A DNA stretch of 64,000 bases, from the NCBI RefSeq assembly GCF_009914755.1, contig NC_060930.1; one strand, 5' to 3'. Numbering within the stretch: the stretch's first letter is position 1; every line of letters begins with the position of its first letter. The DNA is from the human T2T-CHM13v2.0 reference genome, Homo sapiens. The notes beneath the pieces were generated by a model. That model had not been told where the DNA came from, did not search any database, and saw nothing but the letters and a program-made list of their open reading frames with translations. This document shows, piece by piece, positions 1 through 14,282 of the stretch. The position numbers and the translations under genes are program-made.

Positions 1-1428
1 GAGTTTGGAACAGTTCAGAAGTCTCAGAAGAAGATAAGAAAATGTGGGAATGTTTGGAACTTCCTTGAGACTTGTTGAATGGCTTTGATCAAAGTACTGA
101 CAGTTTTATGGACCATAAGGTCCAGGCCGAGGTGGTCTCAGATGGAGAGGAGGAGCTTGTTGGGAACTGGAGCAAAGGTAACTCTTGTTATGCTTTAGCA
201 AAGACACCACTGGCATTTTGCCCCTGCCCTAGAGATCTGTGAAACTTTTAAATTGAAAGAGATGATTTAGGGTATCTGGCAGAAGAAATTTCTAGGTGTC
301 AAAGTGTTCAAGAGAAAGAAGAGCATAAAAATTTGAAAAATTTGCAGCCTGATATTGCAGTGGGAAAGAAAAACCCATTTTCTGGGTATAAATTCAAGCC
401 TGCTGCAGAAATTTGCATAAGTAACAAGGAGCCAAATGCTAATCACCAAGACAAAGCAGAAAATGTCTCCAGGGCATGTCAGAGAACTTTGCAGCAGCCC
501 CTCCCATCACAGGGTCAGAGGCCTCAGAGGCAAAAATGGTTTCCTGGCCCAGTCCAGGGCCCCTCTCCTGTGTGCCACCTAGGGACTTGCTGCCCTACAT
601 CCTAGTCACTCTAGCTGTGGCTAAAAGGGGCCAAGGTACAGCTCGGGCCATGGCTTCAGAGGGTGCAAGCCCCAAGCCTTGGCAGCTTCCATGGGGTGTT
701 GAGCCTACGGGTGCACAGAAGTAAAGAATTGAGGTTCAGGAACTGCTGCCTAGATTTCAGAGGATGTATGGAAATGCCTGGATGTCCAGGTAGAGGTGTC
801 CTGCAGGCGCAGAACCCTCGTGGGGAACCTCTGCTAGGGCAGTGCAGAAGGGAAATGTGTGGTGGAAGCCCCTACATTGTCCCCACTGGGGCACTGCCTA
901 GTGGAGCTGTGAGAAGAAGGCCACCATCCTCCAGACCCCACAATGGTAGACCCACTGACAGCTTGCACTGTGTACCTGGAAAAGCTGCAGACACTCAACA
1001 CCAGCCCCTGAAAGCGGCTAGGAGGGCTGCTGTACCCTGCAAAGCCACAGGGTCAGAGCTGCCCAAGAATGAGAACCCACCTATTGTATCAGTATGACCT
1101 GGATGTGAGATATGGAGTCAAAGGAAATCATTTTGGAGCTTTCAGATTTGACTGCCTCATTGGATTTCAGACTTGCATGGGGCCTGTAGCCCCTTCATTT
1201 TGGCCAATTTCTTTCATTTGGAATGGGCATATTTACCCAATGCCCATAAGCCCATTTTACCTAACTTGCTTTTGATTTTACAGGCTCATAGGCAGAAGGG
1301 ACTTGCATTGCCTCAGATGAGACTTTGGACTGTGGACTTTTGAGTTAATGCTGAAATGAGTTAACACTTTGGGGCAATGTTGGTTTTGAAATATGAGAAC
1401 CTGAGTTTTGGGAGGGGCTGGGGTGGAA
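1..1428 (+). mobile_element. THE1/MaLR internal region (starts before the window)
   Basis: Typical THE1-int sequence (gaagaagataagaaaatgtggga..., ccccactggggcactgcctagtggagctgtgagaag), ending in a polypurine tract gggaggggctggggtggaa just before the LTR. Confidence 0.9.
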
Positions 1429-1781
1429 TGATATGGTTTAGCTGTGTCCCGACCCAAATCTCACCTTGAATTGTAATAATCCCCCATGTCAAGGGTGGGG
1501 CCAGGCAGAGATAACTGAATCATGGGGGCCACTTCCCCCATACTGTTCTGGTGGTAGTGAATAAGTCTCACAAGATCTGACGTTTTTATAATGGGAGTTC
1601 CCCTGCACAAGCTCTCTTGCCTGCTGTCATGTAAGAGGTGACTTTGCTCCTCCTTCACCTTCTGACTTGATTATGAGGCCTCCCGGCCATGTGAAACTGT
1701 GAGTCAGTTAAACCTCTTTCCTTTATAAATTACTCACTCACAGGTATGTCTTTATTAGCTGTGTGAGAACAGACTAATAGA
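1429..1781 (+). mobile_element. THE1 3' LTR (THE1C-like)
   Basis: Starts tgatatggtttagctgtgtcc and ends gaacagactaata; ~350 bp. Confidence 0.88.
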
Positions 1782-2702
1782 GTAATCTGATTCTTAGATT
1801 TCTAGGTATCAAATGGTTTTTACAAGTATTGAAAGTTTTCCTCCATGACACAGACTATCCATTTTAAGTATTACAATAAAGACTTTCTTGTTAATCATTC
1901 CTCAGTTATAATATTGTTTTTATAATTTTTGAGTATGCTAATATGTCAAAATGGGTAATGTTTTTTAAATTTTTTTATCTGGAGGATGGTCATTTTATTT
2001 AAACTAAGCTATCCTATCTTTGATTTTTGCATATTAAGTTTCTTATATTATCTTCAGGTGAAAACTAATTAAAGCAAAACAGAAATAAATAATTATCTGC
2101 CATGTTCCAGGCACTTTGGTATGTAAAAGGTATGCAATATATAAAATATTATCTTCAAAGGGTTCACACAACAAATAAATAGTAAGCTTGTGTACATTAT
2201 TGGAAAAAAAAACTTAGAAGAAACATCCATGTCTGACTCATGAATTAATGAAGACACTGTAGAGAAGATAAAATTTGGGCTGAAACCAAGAATACATGGT
2301 ATATTCCCAGGCAGAAAACAATCTAAGAAAGGTATCAAAATATGTAGAGGCAAAGCAGCAAGAAAGAGCATACCATATTTAGAAGACTTCCCAGGCTTCT
2401 GCACAGAGTTTATGAATGAGAGCAGCAGGAATTTGGACCTTTTATGTAGACATATTTTGGCCTGTGAAGCAGGCATCTTTGGTCTGATTCAATAATTTAA
2501 AATTAGATGGGGTATGTATGTGCATCTTTCAGGAGAGAGGATCTATTATTTTGAACACTATTAGAGAACTTTAAGATGCACAAAATATAAAAAACAACTT
2601 GTGAAGATTACAGACAACCATTGGTAGTTTTTAAAATACAGAATGATATGATTAATTTTAAATAGATTTTAAACAGAAAATCTTCCATGAAATGACCATA
2701 TA

Positions 2703-3136
2703 TGCAAAGTGACCCCCAAAATTGGAAGGAGCCAAGAAACCAAAGAACATGGCAAACAAATCCAGTTTGTTGGTGATGGGTGATTTATTGGGGAACTTAT
2801 GTAAAGCATAGTCTTCGGCAGCAGCAAAACAGGTAGATCTCTACACTGTTACTCTTCAGAACCAAGGCTTACTACAGGGAAAGAGTTTATGTGGTCTATA
2901 GAGACAAGTAAACAGAACCCTTGAGAACAGGCAAGAATGCTATGTGTGTCAAAGGCCGTAATTTGTGCAATAACATTAAGGTTGCTTTGATCTAAAGACA
3001 GTATTTATAGTCAGTACGTGGTCTTCCACTAAGGACAGTAAATGAATAGAAGTAAGGAAGCATTGCTGGGACTGGCATTAATCAGAACTCAACAAGGTGG
3101 GTTAGCACCCAAGATGGAGTTACTTTTGTCTCTACA
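2703..3136 (-). mobile_element. Solo ERV1-class LTR, family unassigned
   Basis: Minus strand starts tgtagagacaaaagtaactccatcttgg (MER4-group-like start), has aataaa about 85 nt from the end, and has TG...CA termini. Confidence 0.6.
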
Positions 3137-3199
3137 GGGAAGTTATATGATCAGATATAATAATCAATCTGGAGACAATATAAAGGGTTAATAAAAGGG

Positions 3200-3640
3200 G
3201 AGAAGCACCTGAGTCTGAAAGAAAAATTATCAGACCTGCAGTATTCCCAGTTAAAGATGAAGAGGACTTGAACTGGTGGGGCAGTAATTAAAATGGAGAC
3301 AAGAGAGTGGATTCAAGGGATATAGAGATGAGTGAATCTGAATGATTTGTTCATGATTGCAAGGGAAAAGTATCAAATGGAACTCAAATATTGGGCTTGG
3401 GTAACCAAATGAGTGAAAATGCCATTTACTGTAGTGGGTGATGAAAGGCAAACCAAGTTTTGGCATGGAGATGATGGCTTTAGTTTAGAAATTGCTTAAT
3501 TTAAGGTGCCTATTGATAACAGGTTGAAACTGCCAATCAAGCAGGAATGTATAGGAATCTGGAACTCAGGAAAGTAATATTGAATGGATACTAGAGACAC
3601 GGTAGATTTGTTTAGTCATCAGTATTTAGATCAGAGTCAG
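3200..3640 (-). mobile_element. Ancient L2 fragment
   Basis: Degenerate L2-like motifs (gagatgatggctttagtttag..., ggaatctggaactcagg, gatttg...agtcatcag). Confidence 0.5.
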
Positions 3641-4081
3641 GAATAGTAAATAATAATTAACTCATTTCCACCTTCCCATCCATGCCCATAGTGAGCTTTA
3701 TTCATTGACTGAAACTTCTTACTGAGCCTAAATTTTATCTGGATTCTTAATATTGCTCTGCATTTATTAATCCGTTTTCAGTCATATAATTTGACATTTG
3801 ATTTAATCCTTTCCTATATGCTTGATATAGACCATAACTGAAGGCAAGAATATGTGGTATAAGAAGAAGAAAAGCATACATATAGAGGCCTAGTCAAAAA
3901 TATAAAATGAGTGCAGAAAAAAACACAAAGGAGACTTAAGAAGTATAGTTAGAGTAGAAAAACGGCTGAAAGAGTAGTGTCATGAAAATTAAGGAATCAT
4001 GCATTTCAGAAATAAGCGAGTAGTGGTCAATAGTAGATCAACTACTCAGAGAGATCCACTTCCTTATAAAAGTCTATAATT

Positions 4082-4384
<303 letters not shown>

Positions 4385-7300
4385 TCAAACTAAGATATAA
4401 TGGATAACACAACTTACATAATGTCAGGAATTGTAGAAAGAGAAACAAGATTGCTGTAGGTTAATATGGAATCCGAGATGATGAAGGATTTTGGTACACA
4501 TTTAAAAAAATTAGCTACGAAAGAATGAAAAATGGGTAGTGGTAGCTAGAGGGAATGAAAGGTATACTTTGAAGAAGAGTTTTTCATTTTTAAGATTAAA
4601 AAATTAATCTATTTAAATATTTAGAGAGATATTCCCATCAATAAAAAATGTTTACAAGTGACGTGATTGGAACTGAGCTTTAAGATTTCTGGTATTACAG
4701 TGGAGAATGTATTTGGGTAGAGAGATACTTAATGTGAGGAGGCCACCTCGGAGGCAATCAAACAAGGGACAATGAGGAACCAAATTAGGCTGTGGTCTTG
4801 AGAATGTAAAGAAGATAAATTCAAATAATATTTATGGTATCTTTGGCAGGACTTCACGACTTACTGGATTTAGAGTGTTTGAAAAGGATATATGTTGTTG
4901 ATAATTCTGATTTTGGTGGTAGGGGACAGTGGCTCTAATTAATACAAGGATGCCTTCCTTGGAGGGGAAGTTTGACAAGGAAATAAATAAAATCTAATGA
5001 ATAAGACACCCAAATGGAGATGTTCAAAAGTTTAGGAATGTGAGACTAGAGATCAGGATTAAAAATAAAATCTGAGATACTCCGGGGGTCATACTTTAAG
5101 CCACAGTCGTGGCAAAAGGGTGGTAGACTGCTGATCTTGATACTTCATTTTCACTTTCTATCTTATGTTCTTAGCTTTGCTCATCTTTTAGACATTTTCT
5201 TGCTGTTAGGCACTTATTTCTGGTCCATTTGGTTTTAATTTTCAATATACTCATTGCCATTTTAGCAACCTCCTGGCCCTGCTGCTGCAAACCCATGTTC
5301 TGTACAAATAAAGCTCTGCTGTCTCTCATTATTGTCTCCCTTTCTTATTTCCTAATTCTTTCTTTTCTTCTTTCCTTCCTTTCAGTTATCTTTGGCCCTC
5401 TGTTTTATATTTAATTTCTCCCAATTGTCCTTACTCTTCAAGTTACTAGTAGATGATTCTTGTCATCACCCTCACCCTCACCTCTCCACTAACTCCAGAT
5501 TAGTTTATTGGATGTTTATAATCAGAATCTGCAAGGATTTGCTGAGGAAAAGCATTTTGAAATAGATTATTAAATGTTTTGGGGATTGGTATCTTTTTAG
5601 CCTTCTAATATGGTAAGTTGCTTCTTGTTACTAAAGAGTTGATAGGTAAGAAATTTAGGAAGGAGGACCTTTGAAAAATAAATGTCTGCTCCATGGTGAT
5701 TTCCAAGTTTTAGTTTTCATAGGTCCAAGAAATACCAGGGAACACTGCAATAGCCTTTATAACTTCAAAAAGAAAGGTAAAGAATGTTGTATTTTTACTC
5801 CTGAGTGAATATATATATATCTGATATACATTAGAAAGGCAGTGTGAATGCAATAATCTTTTCCCATCTAAAAAGCAAAATATGGATCTTAACTTCTTAT
5901 GCATAAACTAGAAATTTCTGGAATTTTAATGTGTTCAAGTGTTATTTCAATCCAAGCAACTGATGATTAAAGAAAAACAAAATCTGTCATGACTCAGTAC
6001 TTCTATTGATCAATACAGCAAGCTGCCTTTGAAGTTTATATGCTGAGGTCTTAAAAGTGCAAATGAAATAGGTACCAGATCACTCTAATACCCAGCTAAG
6101 ACATATATATTCATTTTCCTCTCTTCTTAAGTAGCATGATAAAAAACTATTTGAAGTATACAATAAAAAATTCTGTGCAGTGTTGCCCTGCTAATTGCTG
6201 TTTGAGTTTGTGGATCAGAAGACAAGTCAATCTTAATGGCCATTATTCAGAACTGTATGTGACAATTCTGCTTATAAGGAAAGTAACATATATTTCTATG
6301 CAAGTAAGCTAAACAATATTAAGGCACAATACAATCAGCCAATATTTGCTAACCTTTCATTAAGAAAACGAGCTTAAATTGAAAGCTAAATCAGTAATAA
6401 TGATTATTAGTGTTGCAACTTGCATTTATTACATGCCTAACAAGTGTCAAGAGTTTTACCTAAATCATGCCTATTCTTATGTTAAATGAGTTCTGTTACC
6501 ACAGTGAGGAAAAGGCCCGCTCGGGAAGGTCTAACATAGAGGACCTCTACAAGAAAATTGTTTTTCTGACATAAATTTAGTATATATCATAGTCAATATG
6601 AATGAAATTATTTCTCTGATAAAAAATTATATATGGGATAGGCTAAAGGGCAAATGAGTTAGGTCTGGCTATGCTTATTTTGAGATAGCCAACAGATATT
6701 TTAACAATTCACTAGTAAAATGTTCTGGCTAAATAAAAGTGAAAATAGATAAAATTTCTTGAACAACATGGTTGGGTCAGGATATGTAATTAATATGCTT
6801 ATGGTTAAATTATAGTTTATTGTGTATTTCTTATTCCACACGGTACTATCTTAAGAAACCTCTGGGGAGGAGTGGTAGGTAGGTGAATGGGATTGGATGC
6901 TATTAATGGTTGTTTAACAGTTTGAAGGTTTGATGAGCTCAGGTTGAAATATTTATATTTACGAGAGAAGAAACCATTAATCCATCCTGAAAAAATAGCT
7001 TACAATCAATAACCATGTGTATCCTGTGGTTGTCACTGATGGAAGTGGAAAGCTTTTAATATACATAAAGGTTGACAATTACAATTGAATTTCTTGTTCT
7101 TTATTACATGATCCATAGGAAAATATTCTCTTAAAGCAATGTAAATTACTATATCTTGGAATTATTTATTAAAATATGACAGCTTTGTTGTACTTTTAAA
7201 AAATGAAAGCAAGAGCTAGCAATCTATTCCAAAATAAGCATTTCTCAGAAATGTTGCAATAGTGTTTGAAAAATTTTACAAGTTTTATTTGGAACTAAAT

Positions 7301-7426
7301 ATATTCTTTCTAATTATCAGAATTTATCATTTCAATATATAAAATGTGAAGTATGATAAAAATGTATTATTAATCCTAAGTGAAAACTGAAAGCAACTAA
7401 TTCCCCATAACTTTCTTTAAAAAAAA

Positions 7427-7776
7427 TTTTTTTTATTTTACTTTAAGTTCTCAGATACATGTGTAGAACGTGTAGGTTTGTTACATAGGTATACATGTAC
7501 CATGGTGGTTTGCTGCACCTATCAACCTGTCATCTAGGTTTTAAGCCCCGCATGCATTAGGTATTTGTTCTAATGCTCTCCCTCCCTTTGCCCCCCACCC
7601 CGCAGCAGGCCCCAGTGCCTGATGTTCCCCTCCCTGTAACCATGTGTTCTCATTTTTCAACTTCCACTTACGAGTGAGAACATGCGGAGTTTAGTTTTCT
7701 GTTCCTGTGTTGGTTTGCTGAGAATGATGGCTTCCAGCTTCATCCATGTCCCTGAAAAGGACATTAACTCATTCTC
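7427..7776 (-). mobile_element. L1PA (about PA8A-PA10) 3' end fragment
   Basis: Antisense L1 3'UTR with ggttttaagccccgcatgcattagg and a T-rich tail on the left. Confidence 0.85.
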
Positions 7777-8126
7777 TTACCATTGTATTACTTGGTAGAA
7801 GATTTATCAAACTCCACGACTATTAGTTAATTTTTATATGCCTGAAGAACAATATTATTTATTTTATCTGCTAAAGATAAGCCAAGTTTACATGAGATAT
7901 AAATGTAATCAAAATTAATATTTAGCAAACAGATATAAACATTTAAAGCTGAAATATTTCCTGAGTAGTTATTTATCTGAGTTGCTTTTGTTTTGTTTTG
8001 TTTTTCTTAACAGTAAAGATTGAAGTAAAAGATGAAGGCTTATTGTGCTTTAGAAAGAGATTCAGATCCAATTATTTAATCTCGGCACTTTCTTGCCTAC
8101 TGTATCAAATTAAATCTATCTTCTCC

Positions 8127-8232
8127 TCTTAAGTATATTCACCCATTTTATGGTGCTAGTTGGTACCTATTTCATTTCCCTTCTTAAGTATATTTACCCA
8201 TTTTATGGTACTGGTTGGCACCTATTTCATTT
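8127..8232. repeat. Local tandem duplication, 55-bp period
   Basis: 8127-8177 and 8182-8232 match at 47 of 51 positions. Confidence 0.9.
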
Positions 8233-11200
8233 GGACATCTAAACCCATTCATAGTTGGGATGGTGGAAAAATGAATCCAAGTCCCAAATCTTTCAATAAG
8301 GAAAGGATCCACTAAAGTTTTCCTTTCAAATACCAAAGGATTTAAAATGGTACAGTTAAACCCATTGTAACAACACAGTCTACAATTTGGAGTTTTAAAA
8401 GTAAAGATTATTACAGAATGATAATACCTATCGACTTGGAAAATAAAAGAGACTACAGAAACAAACCGAGAACAGGCATCCATTCTATTTTACCTTTGAA
8501 ATTTGACTCTTTTGTTTTGATCTGGTTTGTTTCTGGAAAGGAGAAGTGTATTAAATCTGAAAGATCCTGAAGCTCACTCACATACTAGTGTAACTTATAG
8601 AAAGTGCAGTGGACAGGGAATTTGGGAGTCCTCAAATCCAAACCACTAATTTTAGATGAGTTATTGGAAGCTTAGAAAGGGTAAATCATTCCCTCAATGC
8701 TTTAAAATTGGTGTAAAAGACTCAAGCCTGGAACTAATTATTTGATGTTTTTTCAGTCACAACATGCTATTTGAAGGAAATCACACCAAAAGCATTTTCT
8801 AAATTGAAATTTTTGGGGGATAATTTATTAACTTGAGTTAATAGCAGGTCTATATCTGAAATCAAGTTGATATTCTCATGAAAAAATGTAATTAGAACTG
8901 TATGTTGTAGACATTTCCCTTAATGTATTAGGGTTTTAAATAGATAAAACCTACTAATTTTTAAATTTCATGAAGACTTCTATCTATAATATTGACAGCT
9001 TAATTTAGCATATTATTTAAATAATTTATTATTACTTGCAATGTATGTCTTTATTTGTGTCTTGATTTTCAACCAAGAACCTTACATTGTATGGCCTCAG
9101 GCAAGAGAGGTTTTCTGGGTGTCTTTGTCATCTCAATTGTAAGTGGATTGATTTTGACAATGTGATCCTGTAGATTCATTTCAGTCACAACAGTCTGTCA
9201 GTGCCTGGGATTTTTACTGGGCTTTTTAAATGACACTCACTAGTCATCCTAGTTTTATTGATTTTACCCCAGAATGTTAATCAAATGGTATCCCTTCTTT
9301 CTAACTTTCTTGCTCTTTTTTTCTTCTTTCCCTTCTCTCTCCTTCACCTTTACCTTTTGCCAGTCTTCTCACCTTCATTCTCACTCTTGGGACTTAAGAC
9401 CTCAAACAATAGTAAAAGAGGTAAAATTACTTAGTTCAGCTTATTTCCATACATAGGTCAGACTTGAAATACCTGTGTTTCACAGAAACTAAGTTCTTTC
9501 AGATAAATGGAGCTTGGTGGGAATAGATGTCCCGAAATGTTTATCATAAAAGCACACAACTGATGAAATACTAAAATGAGATCAAACCACGAAGAAAAAT
9601 GAAGAAAAATGCATTGAAAAGCACATAGCTGTTTTAGTATTGTTAACATGGGAATAGAAGATGATATATATAGTTATGTTAGTACTTTCATTTATGTAGA
9701 TTTTTTTTTGTAATTTTATTTTTATTATTTGTGCAGCTGCATTATAAGTGCCTTGTATTGCCATGCCTGCATAGAATGGTATTGCTGACACATCATTAGT
9801 AATAAGAGATTTTCATTCCTTAAGACAAAGACTTTAATGATCTTTCTGAAATCATAGTTAGAAAGTTAATATTTGAAATGCATTACATGTTTTAACAAAC
9901 AGAATGTGGGCTACAGATTTTTTTTTCTTTTTTTATGTATCTACAGCTCACAGAAAAACTAAATGTACCTCCCTGGGTTGTGATTTGTTAGGATGAACTA
10001 AAAAATATTACTGTCCCTTGGAGGACGTTAGGAACCTACAATGAATTTGAAACATACCATGCACTTCTTACAGGATAAGTAGATTCATTCAGAAATTAAC
10101 TGAAAGCCGAAAGTAGCTGTTCTGCCAAATATGACCCGAATCTCCACTGAAGTCAGAGGTGATGTTAGTGAATAATTATGATCTTGATTCTTAGATTGCC
10201 AGCGAATTCCTCTCACAATTAGTTTGACCAGATATGTTCAGAATCCCAGGCCCTGAAAGCTAGAAGTGATACTAACAATGAGATTAGCAGCAAAAGGAAG
10301 GCAGCGTGGTAAGGTGGAAGCACACTGATCTGAGAGTTAAAAGCTTTGGTCCCGGTGTTGGTTTCACAGTGTTTGCAACTAAAAATCTGTGAACAAAATC
10401 ACTCATTAATAAAGAAACAAAACTAATTTTGTTCATTCCTAACTAAAGTTGTTTGAAGACTTTCAAATTTCCTTCCGTAAGTAAAATTCTGGGTCTAAAG
10501 CCACAATTTTCAAAGTTTGAACACCTGATTTCCCTTTTCATCAACTTATTAGGAGAGATTTTAATATGTAGAGCAAAGAACAGTGAAGATACTCAGTGAA
10601 AGCAGAAAGAGGGGACAAAGGCCCACACTTCCACTGTGACCCCCATCCTCAGTCCAGAGCAGGGTCTTCAGAGCAAGTCTGCAGAGTTGGACAATACTGA
10701 GAAGCCCTAATTTTGGACAAGATAAAATATTAGCAATTATAAACAGATAAGACTACTATATCCCATTTGAAAATACACAAGGAGGAAAATGCCACAAACT
10801 CTCCGCATTTAATAGGATTATGGACCCAGCAAAGTTTCCCCACTTGTACAAACCACCCTGTGGCCATGCGCTCACATGCTTCCATTGTGTGGATATGCTT
10901 CTGGGCCACCCTGAAAATATTTATATATCCACTGCCACCATGGAAAAATCATAGATTTGCTTTTCACGTTTTAAAAATAGGAAATTTCAAATAAGTCAGT
11001 TTCTAAAGATTACATCTACTACGTTTACTTATGTGAAAACAAATGTAAGCAGGAAGCAAAACGCAAATAGGGAGGAACATGACCAGGATGGAGTTAATAA
11101 CGTGAGAGGCACGTTTGCTTATTGAATTTGCATTCACATGCTCAGTAGAGCCCATTCTTAATTGGTATCGTTAGTGATTATAAAGTCACAACATGTTCAC

Positions 11201-11613
11201 TAGTGTCTTAAGAGACCTGGTTGCAGAAAAGAGACCATTGCCTGTCTGATGAATCTATTCCTTTCACTTTGTTTTCCTGTTTATAAAAAATATGTATTTT
11301 TTAGCTTTCAAAGGTTAAACGTATGTGGTATAAAAATGCAAGCAACACAGATAAAGCAAAAATGTACTCTCCTTTACTCCCAATAACTACTAGTAAGTAG
11401 TGGTTAACAGGATTGACCACTGTTAACCTCTAATTCTAACCCCTGTCAACCTCCAGTTGTAAACTTTGGGGAGAGAGAAAGAGGTATATAAATAGAGAAA
11501 ACCTATGCAAACATAAAATCACACACTTTTTATTTGCATACATGGGAGTATTTAGCATCGCTTTCTCTTTTTAACTCAATGCTATGCTATGGTCATCCTT
11601 CCTTCTGTGTCAG

Positions 11614-12542
11614 TGTGAGTGAAAAAAACACAAACTTTACACCACAACAATCAGCATTGAAGACTTCTGTGACTTAATGTGCAGAGATTTCTCCCCACCA
11701 GCAAGCAAGAAGTCTATTCTGCTGCAGACACCAGCTAGCTGTCTTCCAATTCAGTTCTGACACTCTACCTGGAGATAGCGTCAGATCCCACAGGTTGAGA
11801 CTCAGTCCCAGAAAACTGCACCCCCTTCAGACACCAGTTGCATGTCCAGGCCTCTGGAACTTCTGACAGACCTGCTTTCAGTTGGGTTCTCATAACCCCT
11901 CTTTGGGTTAGATTAACCTGCTAGGACAGTTCAGGGAAATACTTACATTTACCAGTTTATTATAAAAAGAATATTACAAAGAATACAGATGAAGAGATGC
12001 AAAAGGCAGGGTGTGGGGGAAGGAGCACAGAGCTTCGGTGCCCTCGCTGAGTGTGCTGCTCTCTGGGAATCTTCATGAGTTCAGCTGCCTAGAGGCTCTT
12101 CATACCGTGTCCTCTTCGGTCTTTTATGGAGACTTCATTGGCTAGTTACGATTGAAGCAATGAACAATTATGCATAAATGTGATTGGACAAAAGGGTGTG
12201 ATCTAATGCTAATAGACTGAGTGGGGGAAACCCAGCAAGGCCTGTGCAGATTCTTTTTGGCTTTTCAATGCAGCATTCCTTCCTCCCAGTTATGGGGCCA
12301 GACCTATATTCAGAAAAGTTAAGTCAGAGAATACCTATGGTCAGCTCCAAGACAGAAAAGCGGGAGGAAATTAGAGTCACGCCTTGGGCAGGTGCAAGGA
12401 GGATGGGAGAAGATCAGAGAGGGATTCTGCTTTCTGAGGCCTAAAGTGCCCCAACATTATAACAAAAGCCTGTATTAAGGGTTATGGGAGTCATAAGCTA
12501 GGAACCATGGGAAAAAAAACCATTTATACATATAATATCACA
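11614..12542 (-). mobile_element. MER21 (A/B-like) solo LTR
   Basis: Contains ctacctggagatagcgtcagatcccacagg; TG...CA termini; 5-bp TSD gtcag at 11609-11613 and 12543-12547. Confidence 0.85.
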
Positions 12543-13841
12543 GTCAGTATGTATGAAAATTTTGTAAGAAAAACCTGCATAGCTGACTAAACTCTTTAGT
12601 AAACAGAAAAATTTTCCTTCAGTTAGTGCATCAAATCAAGCAGGATAGCAAATGTTCTTAATCATACTTCTCCAATAAAGTAGGTTAAGATTTCTCATAT
12701 ATTTACAAAAATGAAATGTAACCAGTCCTTGAACACTCTTAAACTAGTAGGTGGAAACATCTTTTTTTTTATTCCAATCATTGCCTTCGTGCTGTGTCTG
12801 ATATCTATTGCCTGTCCCTTAAAAGCATCTCAGGCAGGTCTCATAGATTCTCATGCATTTTCAGATATTAATATTCTCATTAGTTCAGTGTAAAACTTCA
12901 GTCACTTATCCAATTTACCATGTATCATTCCCATCGACTTTCCTCCCCAGTACAGGTGCCTAGGCTGGGAATAGGGCATGACCTGCTTTTCTATGCTTTC
13001 ACTACACTTCTGCCCTCTTCCTTGCTATTCTGGGATTTCTTCTTCTCCAGTGTATTGGTGACCTTAGAGGAAAGATGGGGTAAAAGAGGTAAACTCCTCT
13101 TACTTAATTGGTGGTATTGTGATTTTCTCACTATTGATTCTTGAAATTTCTCCAATTGTACACTCTGGGTGGCCGGTTTCCCCATGCTGGCTCTTTGACA
13201 GAGTATCTGTTGTTTCCTTAAAGGATCTTTCAATAGCCTCATGATGGCAAAATCAATTTTCAATGCAGAAAATCTACCCTAGCTCGGTGTCTTTTAACCT
13301 TTTATCTCCTTCCTCAACTTCAAGGGCACTAAGGCCCATCAGCAAGTTTGCTACAAAAATGCCCTATTGAATAAGTTGCCGGGCTCTCTTTGTGATTATC
13401 TCAGATCTCTGCAAGGGATTCTCTTGACATTCCCGGGGGTAGAAGATTGGGAAAAGGGCACAAACTAGGTTAAGGCTGAAGGTCCACACCTTTCAGTTTT
13501 TGCTTATACAGGCCAGAATGGGAGGGCTAGGATGAAAATTTAGGGAGCACGGGTGGATTGGCTGCCAGAGGCCACCCTCTTTTTAGAATATGAAGTGCTT
13601 TCTGCTTGTCTTTGTTTCCTAGCAGTCAATTCTAGACAACTGGAAAATTCTTCCTCAACATCCATTACATACACAGAAACTAAAGAAAGTCACAGAGAGA
13701 TTTACCTTACCTTTTAAATCAGAATAAATTATTAATGGAAAATGAGCAAACCATTCAGGACTTTGGGTTTAGCACTTTGTGTTTGGTCCTCTAAACTAAT
13801 TTCCACTAAACATTACTCCTATAAGTTTTGCAAGATAAAAA

Positions 13842-14282
13842 TGTTTAGACGTTTTCTTGGATTGGAAAATGTGCTCTGAGGTGCAGAGGGCTTATTTGGA
13901 AGTGCTCTGAAAGACACACCAGCAAAGAAGCTAGAGGAGTTAAGATCCAGGAAAGGGCAGAGGGAGCAGCTGCAATGATGTTGCAAATAAAGCCTGGGCT
14001 CCTCCTACAAAGGAGCTCAGGAGCAGGCATAGCCCTTCAGAGTTGTGCCAAATTGAGACAATCTAGAGGCTGGGGCCTTTCTATCCATACCTTATCAGCC
14101 AGTCAGTAGCTGAATCCTGTCCCCTGAAAAGGGTTCAGCCTACGATGAGGAAGTTCTCTTAGGACAAGGGCAATGCCCAGTGAGACTGCTGTGAGCCCTC
14201 AACAGCTAATATTTCCAGCAGCTGGGGTGGTGCCTCTGCCTAAAGAGGATATACAGAAAGCACCACTGCAATATCCATTACA
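13842..14282 (-). mobile_element. LTR16-like (ERVL) solo LTR
   Basis: Minus strand starts tgtaatggatattgcagtggtg; shares motifs (atttccagcagctgg, ccaaattgagacaa) with the LTR at 29725-30515. Confidence 0.65.

Noticed and set aside
333-1275. Overlapping 68-144 aa ORFs
   Set aside because: They lie in THE1-int and are fragments of the degenerate MaLR ORF or chance frames, not host genes.
2093-2476. 127-aa minus-strand ORF and other 60-100 aa ORFs in AT-rich DNA
   Set aside because: F/L/I-rich composition typical of random AT-rich frames, with no recognisable domain or splice support.
7985-8013. Strong-looking splice acceptor (ttttgttttgtttttcttaacag)
   Set aside because: TAA follows at once in phase 0 and no good donor is nearby; the tract is a (TTTTG)n simple repeat.
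9090-9270. Possible conserved enhancer-like unique sequence (also ~55960-56600)
   Set aside because: Impression only; conservation or chromatin data are needed.
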